A DNA stretch of 64,000 nt from contig NIVC01000096.1 of NCBI GenBank assembly GCA_002269645.1, positions 186,001-250,000 on the forward strand, given 5' to 3'. The notes beneath the pieces were generated by a model, which saw only the letters and a program-made list of their open reading frames with translations, did not search any database and had not been told where the DNA came from. Origin of the DNA: Macrostomum lignano (lineage: Eukaryota). Shown here in pieces: positions 23,050 through 35,100 of this stretch. Made by a program: the position numbers and the translations under genes. Each line of letters starts with the position of its first letter. The first letter of the stretch is position 1.

Positions 23050-23441
23050 GTACAACAATTCAATTTTTGTCTTTCACTTCTCATTTCTCAAGTTCTAGGG
23101 ACTCCATTTCCTAATGTGACTTTTCCTAAAACTAGTTGATTTCATTGAGTCTGAGCACTGAAGCAGGACTGCACTACGCTTGTACTGGTAGCTAAATCAA
23201 TATAAATTATTAATACGCATGCACCACTTTTAGTATTTAGAGGCTGCAGAGGACTGACGAGAGCCAAAATGTCGCGCTTGTAGCAGCCTTATTAAAAAGC
23301 ATATCTAAAAAGTCCCTAAAGAAATCGGCAAAAGGGGACGACTTAGTTTGAAAACCCTCCAACATAACACTTTTACTCATTGCTTGCTCAATCTACCAAT
23401 GAACTGCTCCTTTTTCTACAAAATTTTCACCTATAAATAAA

Positions 23442-23786
23442 TCTAATCTACAATAAAAATGTTCCCTGTTGTCCCATGGCTTGGAGAATCTCACTCTACT
23501 CGGGAATTCCCACTGAGTAGACTCGGCTATTTTCAACACTTTAGAAACCTATTCTACACGTACGTATTCCAATTTCAGTTAATTTGACATTCCATACGCA
23601 CACTATCGTAGCTATTCAGATAAAGAATTCCCAAATCACCTTTCGTGCTGGAATTCAGTATCAGTGACGCTGACCTTAATTGTTAATATTGCGATTTTTT
23701 CAGAATTAATGAATATAAAAATGGGATTGATGAGGACGCACTTTTTTCCAAATCCCGCGCTAGCACGTGGGCTCTAAACTTACTAG
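23442..23786 (+). mobile_element. Short non-autonomous Helitron-like element
   Basis: 5' A|TCTAATCTACAATAAAAATG; 3' hairpin CCCGCGCTAGCACGTGGG then CTAG; interrupts a conserved module; 3' flank is C rather than canonical T. Confidence 0.5.
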
Positions 23787-24312
23787 CCTACTAACAGTGG
23801 ACAATGGGCATTTTTATCCTTTTTCTGCGAATTGTCATAGAATCTATACTAGATATAATGTTTGGTCATACTAGTAGTCGCAATAACATAGGCGCAGCTT
23901 TTTGGGTCATAAATAATCGCTTTCGAAGCTGGTCTGACAGCCACCTGCGCCTCACTCAGTGTTGAGGCGGGCGCCAGATGGTCTGAGGGGATGCGAATGA
24001 TAGCTTTTTCTCATCATTTTGACAGGCCATCAGATTTATGAGGTCAGAGCCTATTGTTCGGGTTCACTCAAGCGTGTGACAGTTTTGGCAGCTATGCGTT
24101 TTACCCCTAAAAGTACTTTGGGATTAGCGATTAGCGATTTCTCTTCATTATCTTCACTTTCTACTTAATAAGAGTTTTCTAATGTATATTTTTTCATTAA
24201 TTTTTGTCAATCCTACGCGAAAAGTCATAAATCATTTTTTTGCGATTTTGATTGATTTATGGCCGCACCTGTCATCTTTTTACGACCCTGTGGGGACTGA
24301 TAGGATCTCCCG

Positions 24313-24450
24313 GTCACGTGATTCTGGGTGGCAACTAGCTCAGCCAATCAGAAAATTCGACGCTAATTTTAACAAACCGTCTCAGCCAATCAGAATCGAC
24401 GTGTTCCATTATAACAAACTGCGGTCCAGTTGGCGGCTATTTAAACCGGT
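24313..24450 (+). promoter_or_regulatory. LTR-like promoter cluster: GTCACGTGA, two CAGCCAATCAG boxes, CTATTTAAA
   Basis: Motif order and spacing; parent element not identified. Confidence 0.4.
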
Positions 24451-26173
24451 GTTTTTGGCCCGCTCGGACTTCAACCTGCGGTTACCTTGCTGTTCCGGGT
24501 GCTACCCCTGCAAACCTCCTTGCGATCGGGTGCTACCCTTGGCTCCACCGGCCAGGAATTTACCGTCGTTTCTTGATCCCCGGATTGCGACTTCCCCCCA
24601 TCATTATCAAGGACGAATTCCCCCGGTCATCAGTAGTGAACATCAAAGTTAAGAGCATCACCTGCTAGCTATCTGCGAAGACTGTGACATCAGCATCATC
24701 CCGGGCCTTCAGCTGCGAAGCACTAAGCCGATTCGGTCACTGTGGATTACCTGGTCTCCGGCTGTTGAGTTTCTGATTGGTTGGGTGAGAGGCTACCTAG
24801 ACTTGCTTGATTGGGTGATTCCCTATCTGTCCCCTGTTTCAGTAGCTGGATTAGGCGCACACTTTTGCTCATTTTGTTCAGTTGTACTGTTACTGAGGCA
24901 GAAATCATTCAACAATACTGTTAGTAGTCCGAAACTCCAATTCAATCTGAAGTGTGAAGTTATTTAAGGAGAAGGTTAAATCTGACAATTATTTTTATCG
25001 GTTTTATTTCTTTGTTCACCGATGGCTCAGATGAGTAGCTAAGCTAGTAGGCGCCGGTCACAGTGGACCAATGGCAAGGCAGTTCTCAGTCGATCAATCT
25101 ATCAAATCAGTGAGCAAAATTGTCAATAGTGCAAAATCGGCTCCAGAGATGTACTCTGTGCACTCTGGGTTCGCCAAGCGGCTCGGGTAAATGAATCATG
25201 CGGTCTCTGAAGTTCGAGTTAGTCTATCATCAGCGCTATGAGAGGCTAGTTGGCGCGTTGAAGGCCAAAAGTACAATTCCTCGTATTTAGCAATGTAATA
25301 GTACATGTAGCTACCCCATAGTCTCGCCACTGCAAGAATCCCCTGCACAAGTCCCCTCTGTACCTGCATGGCCAATGCGATCTAGTCCCAGCAGTGTCCC
25401 TTGTCATCGGCTATGACTTCGAGATAGACAGCAAAAAGACACTAGTTGGCAGGTAAGTGCAAAGCCCCTTCTAGTCGGAAGCCCGATTTCGAGAGCCCCG
25501 GTGTGGTGAGCCAGGACGCACGGGCTGGTGGCAGCGAGTTAGCTTAGTCTGCGGATTAGCTAATTTCTACCTTCAAAATTCTCCCTGCTTGTCTCTCGCT
25601 GTCCCTCTCTTAGCTATAGGACCTAGACTGCTCGCCACACGATCAAGCTACCATGGTTTGATTAACTGGCTCAAATATTTCTGAGACCTGAGGCCCGAAG
25701 GCTTCCCCACAAGGGGGCCGAAAGGTCGAAACCCATCAGGATTATGGAGACAGTGAAAATTTTTGCACCGAAGCCTAATTGGAGCAACCTAATTGGTAGA
25801 TTATGCAAGCATCAAGTAAAAGTATTGTGTTAGCTAACTGATTCTTTAACTACTTTGGTCGACCCTTTTCTCGACTTCTGTGGCAGTTACACAGATATAA
25901 TTATTAGGATTACATGTATGAGTCAGTAGAAAATTTTTTAACTTTAAACTATATTTTTTCGCTTATTTAAGTTTCTTTTACTGTCAAGTTGTAGAATACA
26001 AGTTTAAAAAACCTTTTAACACTTGATTAACTGGCTCAAACAACTGTTTACACTTAAATAAGATTTTAAAGCAAAACGCTTGTTGTAAAAAGCTCGGAAT
26101 AGTCAGCTTAAATAAACATTGGTTTATTAGTAGGCAAACTAACGTTGATAAGATTATTTTTCTCACTATTTAG

Positions 26174-26966
26174 GCATCCAAAAGCAACAACCGATCAAGA
26201 AGCAACAACCGATCAACAAGCAACAACCGATCAAGAAGCAACAACCGATCAAGAAGCAACAACCGATAAAAAAGCAACAACCGATCAAAAAGCAACAACC
26301 AATCAAAAAGTAACAACCGAGCAAGAATCAACAACCGAGCAAGAATCAACAACCGAGCAAGAAGCAACAACCGAGCAAGAAGCAACAACCGATCAAGAAG
26401 CAACAACCGATCAGGATACTAAAGTTTCCAATAATCAACAAAACTCCCTATTCGACAAGAACTCGGTGCTCACAGACTTGACGTACTCTCTGTGCTGCAT
26501 TCCCAACCTGCCAGTTAGACTGACCAGCCACCAGAGCGTCAGAGGCATCTACGCTCGGTACTTGATGCCAGATGAGGCAGTGAGGAAGACCACTGATTGG
26601 GAAGAGAAGAAGCAGTCAGTTCTGCAGATGCTGCCCACCAGTCTGCGTGAAGTTTTCACTGAAGAAGAACTCCGTGAAGATGAAAAGCTGTGTGTAACTG
26701 AGCTGGCAATCAGCATTGCAGAGGGCGAGTGGCCGTTTGAAGAAAAGGACGCGAGAAGTTTGCTTCAGAACTCAGCTGAAATCGTTCGCAGTCACCTCCA
26801 AGCCCTGCAACTGAGCGCAGATCAGCCTCGGGACTGCTGCCCAGTGGCAGAGGCCTGGTTCTGCTTCATGGTGGCCGTGTGGAGCCGCCTCAGGACTGCC
26901 GTGACCGAGCCTGAGGACGAGGCTGAGAAGTTCGACGCATGTATGGGCAATAGGACTGTGAGTTGA
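26174..26966 (+). CDS. Downstream exon C1 (phase-2 acceptor): Thr-rich ATTDQE repeats plus novel domain shared with 28032 ORF
   Basis: TTTTCTCACTATTTAG|G CAT CCA acceptor; open to TGA 26964-26966; motifs EAVRK..DW, IVR...AL.LS, AE.WF match the paralogous ORF; possible donor GTGAGT at 26958. Confidence 0.75.
26182..26412 (+). repeat. Coding 18-bp repeat AAGCAACAACCGATCAAG (ATTDQE), ~13 copies
   Basis: Direct reading. Confidence 0.92.
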
Positions 26967-27289
26967 GTCTTCTGGCTTGTTCGTCACGCTCTGGACACGA
27001 TCATATTTGAGTATGTGAGGACCATGGTTTTTGTTTGCCCCAGATACTGTAACATTATTTCATTTGTCAAGTGCACACCTTGAACTTTTTAAAATGGGGT
27101 CCTATAGAAACCTCAAATTTTTAACTGAACGAAAAATCGAGCATTTTTTCATTGAGAATTCAATGAGAAAATCATGTGGTGGTGCCGAAATTTCATGAAG
27201 TGTTGATATCAAGTCATAAAATGGTCGACCTTTCCTCGACCTACACGTTTGTAAGGATTACTCTATTTATTAACTCGATATTGCTGGAT

Positions 27290-27422
27290 CGATCAAAGCT
27301 TTTTTATTTTAAGACGTTTGATCTGAAAGACTTTCGATTTGAAGTGCTGCATTATTCTGATCCATCGCCTTGGCCAAAAACATGTACAATTTCGCGCCTT
27401 CAAGTTCTACCGGAGCCGCTCA
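27290..27422 (+). pseudogene. Orphan ~130-bp fragment of the unknown ORF family (SKL..FKTFDLKDFRFEVLHYSDPSPWPKTCTISRL)
   Basis: Clear match to 1154-1280 and 29042-29175; no splice sites evident. Confidence 0.85.
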
Positions 27423-27962
27423 TTTTTTTTTCCTTATTATAAAAAACTGTGATAATTCTGAACAATATTGTTAATGAGAGAGATAAAGAGAATTTTTGCC
27501 ATTTTCACCTATTTTTCTCATTTTCTATTTTCCCCTATTTTTCCTATTTTCCCTTTTGCAATTTTTCCTGTTTGCCAATTTTCCTATTTAGCCATTTTTT
27601 CTATTTTGCCATTTTTTCTATTTTTGGCTGGCTCGAATAAAAATAAAACAGCTAAAAGTCTTAAAATTTACAAGGCTTTGCTGTTCTTCTCTTGCCACAT
27701 TATTTTCACAATTTATGATAGGGATAGCTCACCAAAGAGCAGTGTGCATTTCACAAACTTCTAAACTACAGTTTCTCGCTTTTTATAATTCAGTTTTATC
27801 GCTAGCTATAGAAGGAAAAACAGTTAGCAGTACAACAAAACTTGATATTTTAGCAGAACAAAAGCTTTTTAGTTTCCTGAGAAATTGAAGCCACATTCAA
27901 TTGCTTCTTAATTCAGTTAGCTGTATAGTTTAAATTTGAACTTGACTTTTCCTAACTCTCAG

Positions 27963-29960
27963 TTCCAGCAGCAGTAACAGATCGCGCCTGGAAAAAGAAA
28001 GAAATAAATAAAGCAACAACAGCAGCAACAAATGCAGCAACAAATGCAGGAGCAGCAACAACAAGAACCGAAAAAGACGAGTGCAGTTTTGCACATCGTC
28101 GTAAATGGCGGTGGGCGAGCGTCGAGAATTCAGCTCAGCATTTTTGATGCCGCAGAGACTAGGTCGCACAAACTGGAACAAAAGACACTTGAAACAGGTG
28201 AGCAAATATGGTACTCAAAACTGGATACTGACGGCGATAGAAGATTGGAAAATATAGAAGTGACAGATGATGGCGAACTCGAAAGCAAGACAACCAAAGA
28301 AATACTGCAATTCAAACTGAGTGCTACCATTGAACAGGAATCACTCGACTATCCGATAGAGTTTGGCGAAGGGACCCGGTTTGTGCCTCACTTTGTCAAG
28401 GACAGCCATGTGGAGTTTGTTATTTACTGTGACCTGACAAATGGCGAGTTCCGAGTCATTCCGATGGCACCGATCTGCCTTATCTTCGAATTTCAATCCA
28501 AGTTGGAAAACACCAATACTAATTATCAACTTGAAATTAAACACAACAATGATAAGATCGAATTCCACAAGTCTCGTAAACTTTGCACAAAGTGCATGCA
28601 ATGCGATCCTGCAATGCAAGATCACGGAGACGCACAGGTCTGGACGCTAGATAAACCCAGCGAGATTATCTACCTGGCCAATTATAATGACTCCATGAGA
28701 CTGCCTACCGGAGAGCCACTGAGAGTTAGAGTCCTGAAAGCTCAAGCTCAAGAGCCTATGGTACCTTTCACAGAGTTTTACGACATCAATCTGCCTGTCG
28801 ATTATGCAAATCCAACGCAAACGTATCTAATCAAACTGGACCCTCAAGCTCAGCCCAGAGTGTACGCAGTCACTCACATTGAGCTGCATTTCGAATGCAA
28901 GATTCCAAATGTCGAATTTTTCGAGATTCGGGGAAACTGCAGCGACGAGTTTGGCTTATGGGAAAAGCCTTTTAAATTTGAGATCGAAAACGAACCAAAA
29001 AAGCCGTTATGGGTGGCTGCGGCAGTTGTGGAAGATGAGGGGTCAAAGCTTTTCAAGACGTTTGATCTGAAAGACTTTCGATTTGAAGTGCTGCCCCATT
29101 TCAAAAAGCAACAAGAGGCGTTTTGGCTAAAAACATGTACAATTTCACGCCTTCCAGTTCCATTGGAGCCGTTCTCCGTATTTATAATTGAAATGTGTAA
29201 TCTAAAAACAAGAAATATTGTTTCGCTTCAACCCAGGCACTCAATCGAACCAGTAGTCAATGAAGTCATTCGCAGGTTGCGCGAGATTTCAGATAGTCGT
29301 TTGAGCACGAAAGGCTTAACAATTCTTGTTCCTAAGTTACGCAGACTTGGCCAAATCTACAGTGAGGACGATGATCCGCAAAGAACTCACGACATCTGGG
29401 GCGAAGACCTTCCAATGGAGACACCTGATGATCTTGACCCAGCAGCGAAGAGCGGATTGACCTATCTGCAGCTGAGGCAGACTCGGCATCAACATGAGAG
29501 CCTCTGTGGAAGACGAATCGTTTTGAAGAGGCTTAACAAACAGTATCACCGCTATCAGAACGAAGCTGTTAGAAAACTCTTGGACTGGAACGCCGATGAA
29601 GTAAGAAAAGCTGCGCTGAATAAAATCTGCAGAGGTGGCGCATCCGATGGCGAATACAAAAACATTTTGCAGACTCTTGCCACAGAAATTCACGAAGGCA
29701 CTTGCAGAGTCGAAGATCACTCGCTGCTGCTGTGGCTGGCTGCTGCCATTGTTCGCGGCAGAGCTGAGGCTTTGATTCTGAGTCCCAGGGCTCAGACATG
29801 GCAGCAAACTAATTGGGAACGGCACATGGTCGCTGCGGAGTCCTGGTTTCGAGTCGTCTTGGCGCTCTGGAAGACTCGACCCGATAAGAGAGCAGACTTT
29901 CGCGAGGCAATCCGCAGAGCCGGTGAAAGTCCCGCCTTTTACACTTGGCGCGAGAATTGA
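27963..29960 (+). CDS. Downstream exon C2 / 642-aa ORF of unknown family (ATG 28032); paralog of 2-2083
   Basis: Strong acceptor TTTTCCTAACTCTCAG| at 27962; 1.9-kb open frame; apparent 1-nt frameshift at 28006-28008 upstream of the ATG. Confidence 0.85.
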
Positions 29961-30865
29961 ATGTAACTTTCGAATGATATTCGGTTTGATTTACTGATTG
30001 CATGCAGTAGCTATATTCACTTTAGCTATTTTCACTTTCTCTCGCTAACCTGAAATTCATATCGAGAAACCATAACTGTAAAATTTAGTTTTATGTAAAA
30101 GATATTTCAGCTCCGGATGTGTCTTACATTCATGTACATGTAATCTGTCCGTTTGCCATTGTACGACCAAGGACCATGTAGCAGCATATCAGGACGCTAT
30201 GAGAATAATTTGTTCCCATCTTCTGAGGTGGGAAAAATAATTTTTATGACAAAATCAATCAAGGAACAAAATAAAAGTTTAGCTAATGACACCTGTGAGT
30301 ATTGACAACTTGGGCTTAAAAAATAAAAAGCAATGTGAAAAATGAAACTTTCAGGGCACAACAATAAAGAAGAAAGCAGAGCAAAATGCTGTGCATGTTA
30401 AATTAAAAGAATGGCAATCTTCTATTTGCAATCATTAAATTTGTGATGAAAAAATGATTGTTTCCTTTTCTATCTCCGTAGTGCATTTTTGCGTTAATCG
30501 GCCTCCAAAAACTGCACGATCTTTGAGTGTAGCGTCCGGATATACTGCTAGTGGTCCTTGTGTACAACCTATTATATGCTTTACACTGCAGACTCTCAAA
30601 GTACATTATCATTTTCCTAGCTGTTAGCAATTCGGTAATTTGCTAGTTTGCTGTTAGAAACAATATGTAACAAAAAGTTACCAATATTTCTGAACTATCT
30701 TTGCCAAAGCAAGACTGATATGTGTTTCAGCATGACCTGCTGTAACGTGCCTATAACTATTGGTGTCAGTAGTTAGAAATTATGTCTTTAAATTCTGCTT
30801 ACTTCAAATATACTACACATACTACTAATACACACCATCTAGCCGGTAATATTCGAGTCAGTCAC

Positions 30866-31085
30866 TGAAGTTCGCTGAAGGGATTCTTTGGCCGCTGCCG
30901 CAATGCCAGGCGACAGTCAGCCCGGCAGCCAGCAGTCATGCCAGCTCCGCTGACCCCCTGACGCTCACACCGGGTGTACATCGGGCCTGACTGTCTCGCT
31001 GTCAGACAGGGTGCACATCTTGCGTGTTGGCCTGCACTGTCACAGGTTAGAGAGCCACCTACTCATGAGTTTCTCTCTCAAACAT
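30866..31085. mobile_element. 220-bp insertion with 8-bp TSD (TCAGTCAC)
   Basis: TSD at 30858-30865 and 31086-31093; absent at the orthologous site (~3020) of the left duplicate. Confidence 0.7.
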
Positions 31086-31579
31086 TCAGTCACCTCAAAA
31101 TATTGTTCTGAAAATATTTGTGAGCAGCAACTTTATTCGATCAGAAACTGAGCAAAGATCAAAAATGCACCGCTCCATCATTTTTATTCAGCCAAACAAA
31201 AATAGCAGACAAATTGGTTGCTGTGTCAGCTTAAACTGCTTGAAAATATTATTGATAAATTGTATTTTTACCTTAGCAGCAGGACAATGGCTAAACAGTA
31301 TGAATGCCACTGGCACAGCGTGGCACAATGTCACTACTGGCTGCTCAGCCGTCATGCATGTATTGTGAAGTACATAGCAGATGAGCACTTCTTAATGAGT
31401 ATGATGAGAGTTGAGCTTGAATCAGCATTTTTACAGCGAAGTTCAGCACAGACAGTAAAATATGCGGCATCTTCAATGAGCCCTAGCAACAGGACTGTTT
31501 ACATTGGATACGACAGTGTTGAATGCACCGAGGCAGTTCAATAAGAAAGCAGAAATATTGTAAATTGAGACTGGGGTGA

Positions 31580-31795
31580 AGGAGGCTGGAGACGAAGGAG
31601 TCTATGGATGAGGGATTTTGGAGTTAAGAGTCTAGAGATGAAGGAATCTGGACATGCAGGAGTCTGGAGATGCAGGGTCTGGAGATGAGGAGTCCAGACA
31701 TGCAGGAGTCTGGAGATGCAGGAGTCTGGAGATGAGGAGTCCAGACATGCAGGAGTCTGGAGATGCAGGAGTCTGGAGATGCAGGAGTCTGGCAG
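31580..31795. repeat. 16-bp repeat in BTAF1 3' UTR
   Basis: Direct reading. Confidence 0.85.
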
Positions 31796-31820
31796 CTGAA
31801 GAACTCAAAGCCGTGGAGCA

Positions 31821-32139
31821 TCAGGACAGCAGCTGCACGAACTGGCTCATGTCGAACTCCTCCTCGTAGTCCACAGTCAGCTCAGCCTCCGCAGCTGACG
31901 CGCCCGAAGCTGAAGTCGCCGGCATCGAGCTGAGCACCGAGCCCAGCGTCTTGGACATCGCCTGCTTGGCTCTCTGCCTGGAGGCCGAGTCCCTGCTGTC
32001 TGCCGCCGACTTGCCCGAAGCTGCTGAGCCGGAGGAGAACTCGAACAGGTCCAGCAGCTGCTCGGTGCCGAGCGACTCCACGCTGGCGTTGTCTGCGTTC
32101 ACCACCGAGTTGGCGACTGCCGTCTTGAACTTCTGGTAC
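31821..32139 (-). CDS. BTAF1: BTAF1 exon 17 (terminal)
   Basis: [13 protein letters not shown]...YEEEFDM; TGA 31821-31823. Confidence 0.95.
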
Positions 32140-35100
32140 CTGCGGGGAGCGGGTGGCGGTGCTGCTGGCGCTAGGAATCCTCTGGCTGAGGTGCTCGATT
32201 CTCAGCACTGAATAAATCCCCACAGCATCCCTCTAATCCCCACAGCATCCCTCAAATCCCCACAGCATCCCTCAAATCCCCACAGCATCCCTCAAATCCC
32301 CACAGCATCCCTCAAATCCCCACAGCATCCCTCAAATCCCCACAGCATCCCTCAAATCCCCACAGCATCCCTCAAATCCCCACAGCATCCCTCAAATCCC
32401 CACAGTATCCCTCTAATCCCTACAGTATCCCTCTAATCCCCACAGTCACAATCACAATATTATTATTTATACTAAATCTCTAAGGTTTGTCTGTCTGTCT
32501 GACCGGTATTCCAGTCTACAGCCTGAATGCCTGTACCGATTTTTTTCAAACTTGCTTCATTCAATTGCAAATTCTTGTGAGATTGTGTAGGTGTAATTGC
32601 ATTGAAAAATTCGAATGACAAGTTGGTTAAATATTCGAAAAACGAGTTTTTTTAATGCTTTCAATGGGAGGCTAGAAAAGGTCAAAATCTCACTGACTGA
32701 ATTTCAATTCCAATTAAGATTGCGCCACAACTTTTCTCTGTTCACTGTGTACGCCTCAATACTAGCTGCAATAAGGGAGAGGAAAATAATGCTCAGTGGC
32801 TGCGTGTGTACATTTTTCTCTGGCTGACTGGCGGACTGCATAGACAATTGCTATTTATAGATTTCACTCAACTGTGCATTGGCTCTGCCTGCGCACTGAG
32901 CAGCCTATCACTGCTATGTATTTGACTGCAGTGTCGAAGCTTATATGGCTGATTTTCTCGCCTTTCCATCAATAGGCGGAGTAGCCGCATGTAGGCACTA
33001 GGTTTAGGCTAGGCGTAAGGTCCCAGGTTCGAGTCCACCTCGCTGCGAACAATTAAATTTGAATTAATTTATATTTATTTGTAACTTATGCATGGACTAA
33101 TTAGAACATCTTTCGATTAATATTGATTAATAGCGATTGAAATTTTTTTATTAAGTAAAGCAATGAATTATTTTTGCTAATCGGCACAAGCCACTAAGCA
33201 AATTTGATTTGTAAAATTGCTTCAAGTCTGGCTGATCTCATCAATGGGCGTTGCCTAGCTCCATTTAAAGTATGAAATTGCTAAAATGCAGACAATGCTG
33301 CTAAACTGCTGAAGGCATAGGCACAGCTAAATCCGAGTTGTGCAAAAGTCCGCCGATATGTATCGAACACTGATTAATGAGTCGTACTAAATGCTGAGAA
33401 ATGTTTTAAATTGTTGAAAGGATCATTGCAAGTTTGCTGAGACTGAGGAGCCAGCCGAGAGAACTGCAGAATGCTTGGGGATGAATGAGAATTCTTGAGG
33501 GAATAGTATAGGCTTCTCTTCGAAAATAGCCTCTCTTCGAAAGCAGATGGTCGGCAATTGGAGTCTGCATTGAAGCTGAAAAGTATACCTATAACTTTGA
33601 AATTTTGAAATTTTCATTGAATGATATAGCTTTTTGCAGCCCATTTGGGCTTACGTGCATTTAATTTAATCCAAATTGATTTGCCTAAGTAAATGAGCTT
33701 ATTGTCTATGGTAGAAAGGCTGGCACAGCGGCACTTAATTTAGTCCAACAAGCATCAATTTGGTCCATAGCTTCATTTGCAACTGTTGCGGAGGAGCAAG
33801 ATCAGCTCCATAATTGTGAACCATGCTAGGTCGTCGAATGAATGCCACTGGCTTGTGATCAAAGCAATCAACAGAGGTGAACACCCAAAGGACATTGCAA
33901 GGTTGCTGAATATATTGTAGAAGAAAGATGGTTTACAGCATCCATCAGCGTGTTGAAACCACTTCTGGCATAGGTCGCCTGTGAAAGGTGGCAATCGCCA
34001 AGGCAAGTTGCTAGAGACTCAGTTCCAACTGCTACTTAATGCAATTGAGACGAACCCTTTGTTGACGGAGCAGAAAAGGCAACAGAAGTTGAAGGAAAAG
34101 TTCCAGTTGGTTATCAGATTTGGACTATCAGCAGAGCTCTGGAAAAGCGACTGAAAATTGCTGGTACAGACGCTGACATTCCAGCGGTGCGCAACAAACC
34201 TTAGGCGGTTGCGAGAAGGCAAGAGTTTGCCATTGGCTCACAAGCATTTGGACCAAATTGATGCTTGTTGGACTAAATTAAATGCCGCTGTGGCAGCCTT
34301 TCTACCATAGACAATAAGCTCTGTTACATTGGCAAATGTATCTTGGATTAAATTAAATGCGCGTAAGCCCAAATAAACTGCAAAAAGCTATATTATTCTG
34401 GGACTGCATTAATCTTTTAGATCAGTGCCAATCTACGAGTATTGTATGTGCTAATTTGCAGAGAGAATTACTAATCTGGAAGAGTGGTGCTAATCTGGAG
34501 GAGTAGTGCTAATCTTGGCAAAGTGTTGCTAATCTGGAGGAGTAGTGCTAATCTTGGCAAATTGTTGCTAATCTGAGCGGAGTGCTAATTATTAGGGGTA
34601 GTGGTGCTAATCTGGGGGGAAGTCTGGGGGCTCAGTAATGCTAATCTGAGGAGCGGTGCTAATCTGGGGGAGCGGTGCTAATTTTGTATAAAACTGTGCT
34701 AATTTTTGGGGAGTGGTGCTAATCTGGGGGTGGTGCTGATCTGGGGGAGTGGTACTAATCTGGGGAGCGGTGCTAATCCGGGGAAGTGGTGGTAATTTTT
34801 GGGGAGTGGTGCTAATAGTGCTAATCTGGGGGAGAGGTGCTAATAGTGCTAATCTGGGGGAGTGGTGCTAATCTGGGGGAAGAAGCACAGAACTTTCAGT
34901 GATGTAAGTTCTGTGGGAAGAAATGCTAATCTGGGGGAAGTAGTGCTAATCTAAGGAAGTGGTGCTACTTTTGGGGGAATGGTGCTAATCCGGGGAGTGG
35001 TGCTAATCTGGGGAAATAGTGCTAATATATAATTTTCTAATATACTAAAAGTCCTACCTTTGTTTGTCTGTTTGTGAATAACGCATTTAATACTGAATGC

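Noticed and set aside
24722-24730. Docking site ACTAAGCCG complementary to the conserved CGGCTTAGT module
   Set aside because: A 9-nt match is expected by chance in a region this size
25681-25750. Hammerhead ribozyme
   Set aside because: Stem II and GAAAC are present but the CUGANGA core is incomplete and no stem III/NUH cleavage triplet is found
32970-33050. tRNA-like sequence with B box GGTTCGAGTCC
   Set aside because: No proper D-arm/cloverleaf; lies inside a Helitron-like element
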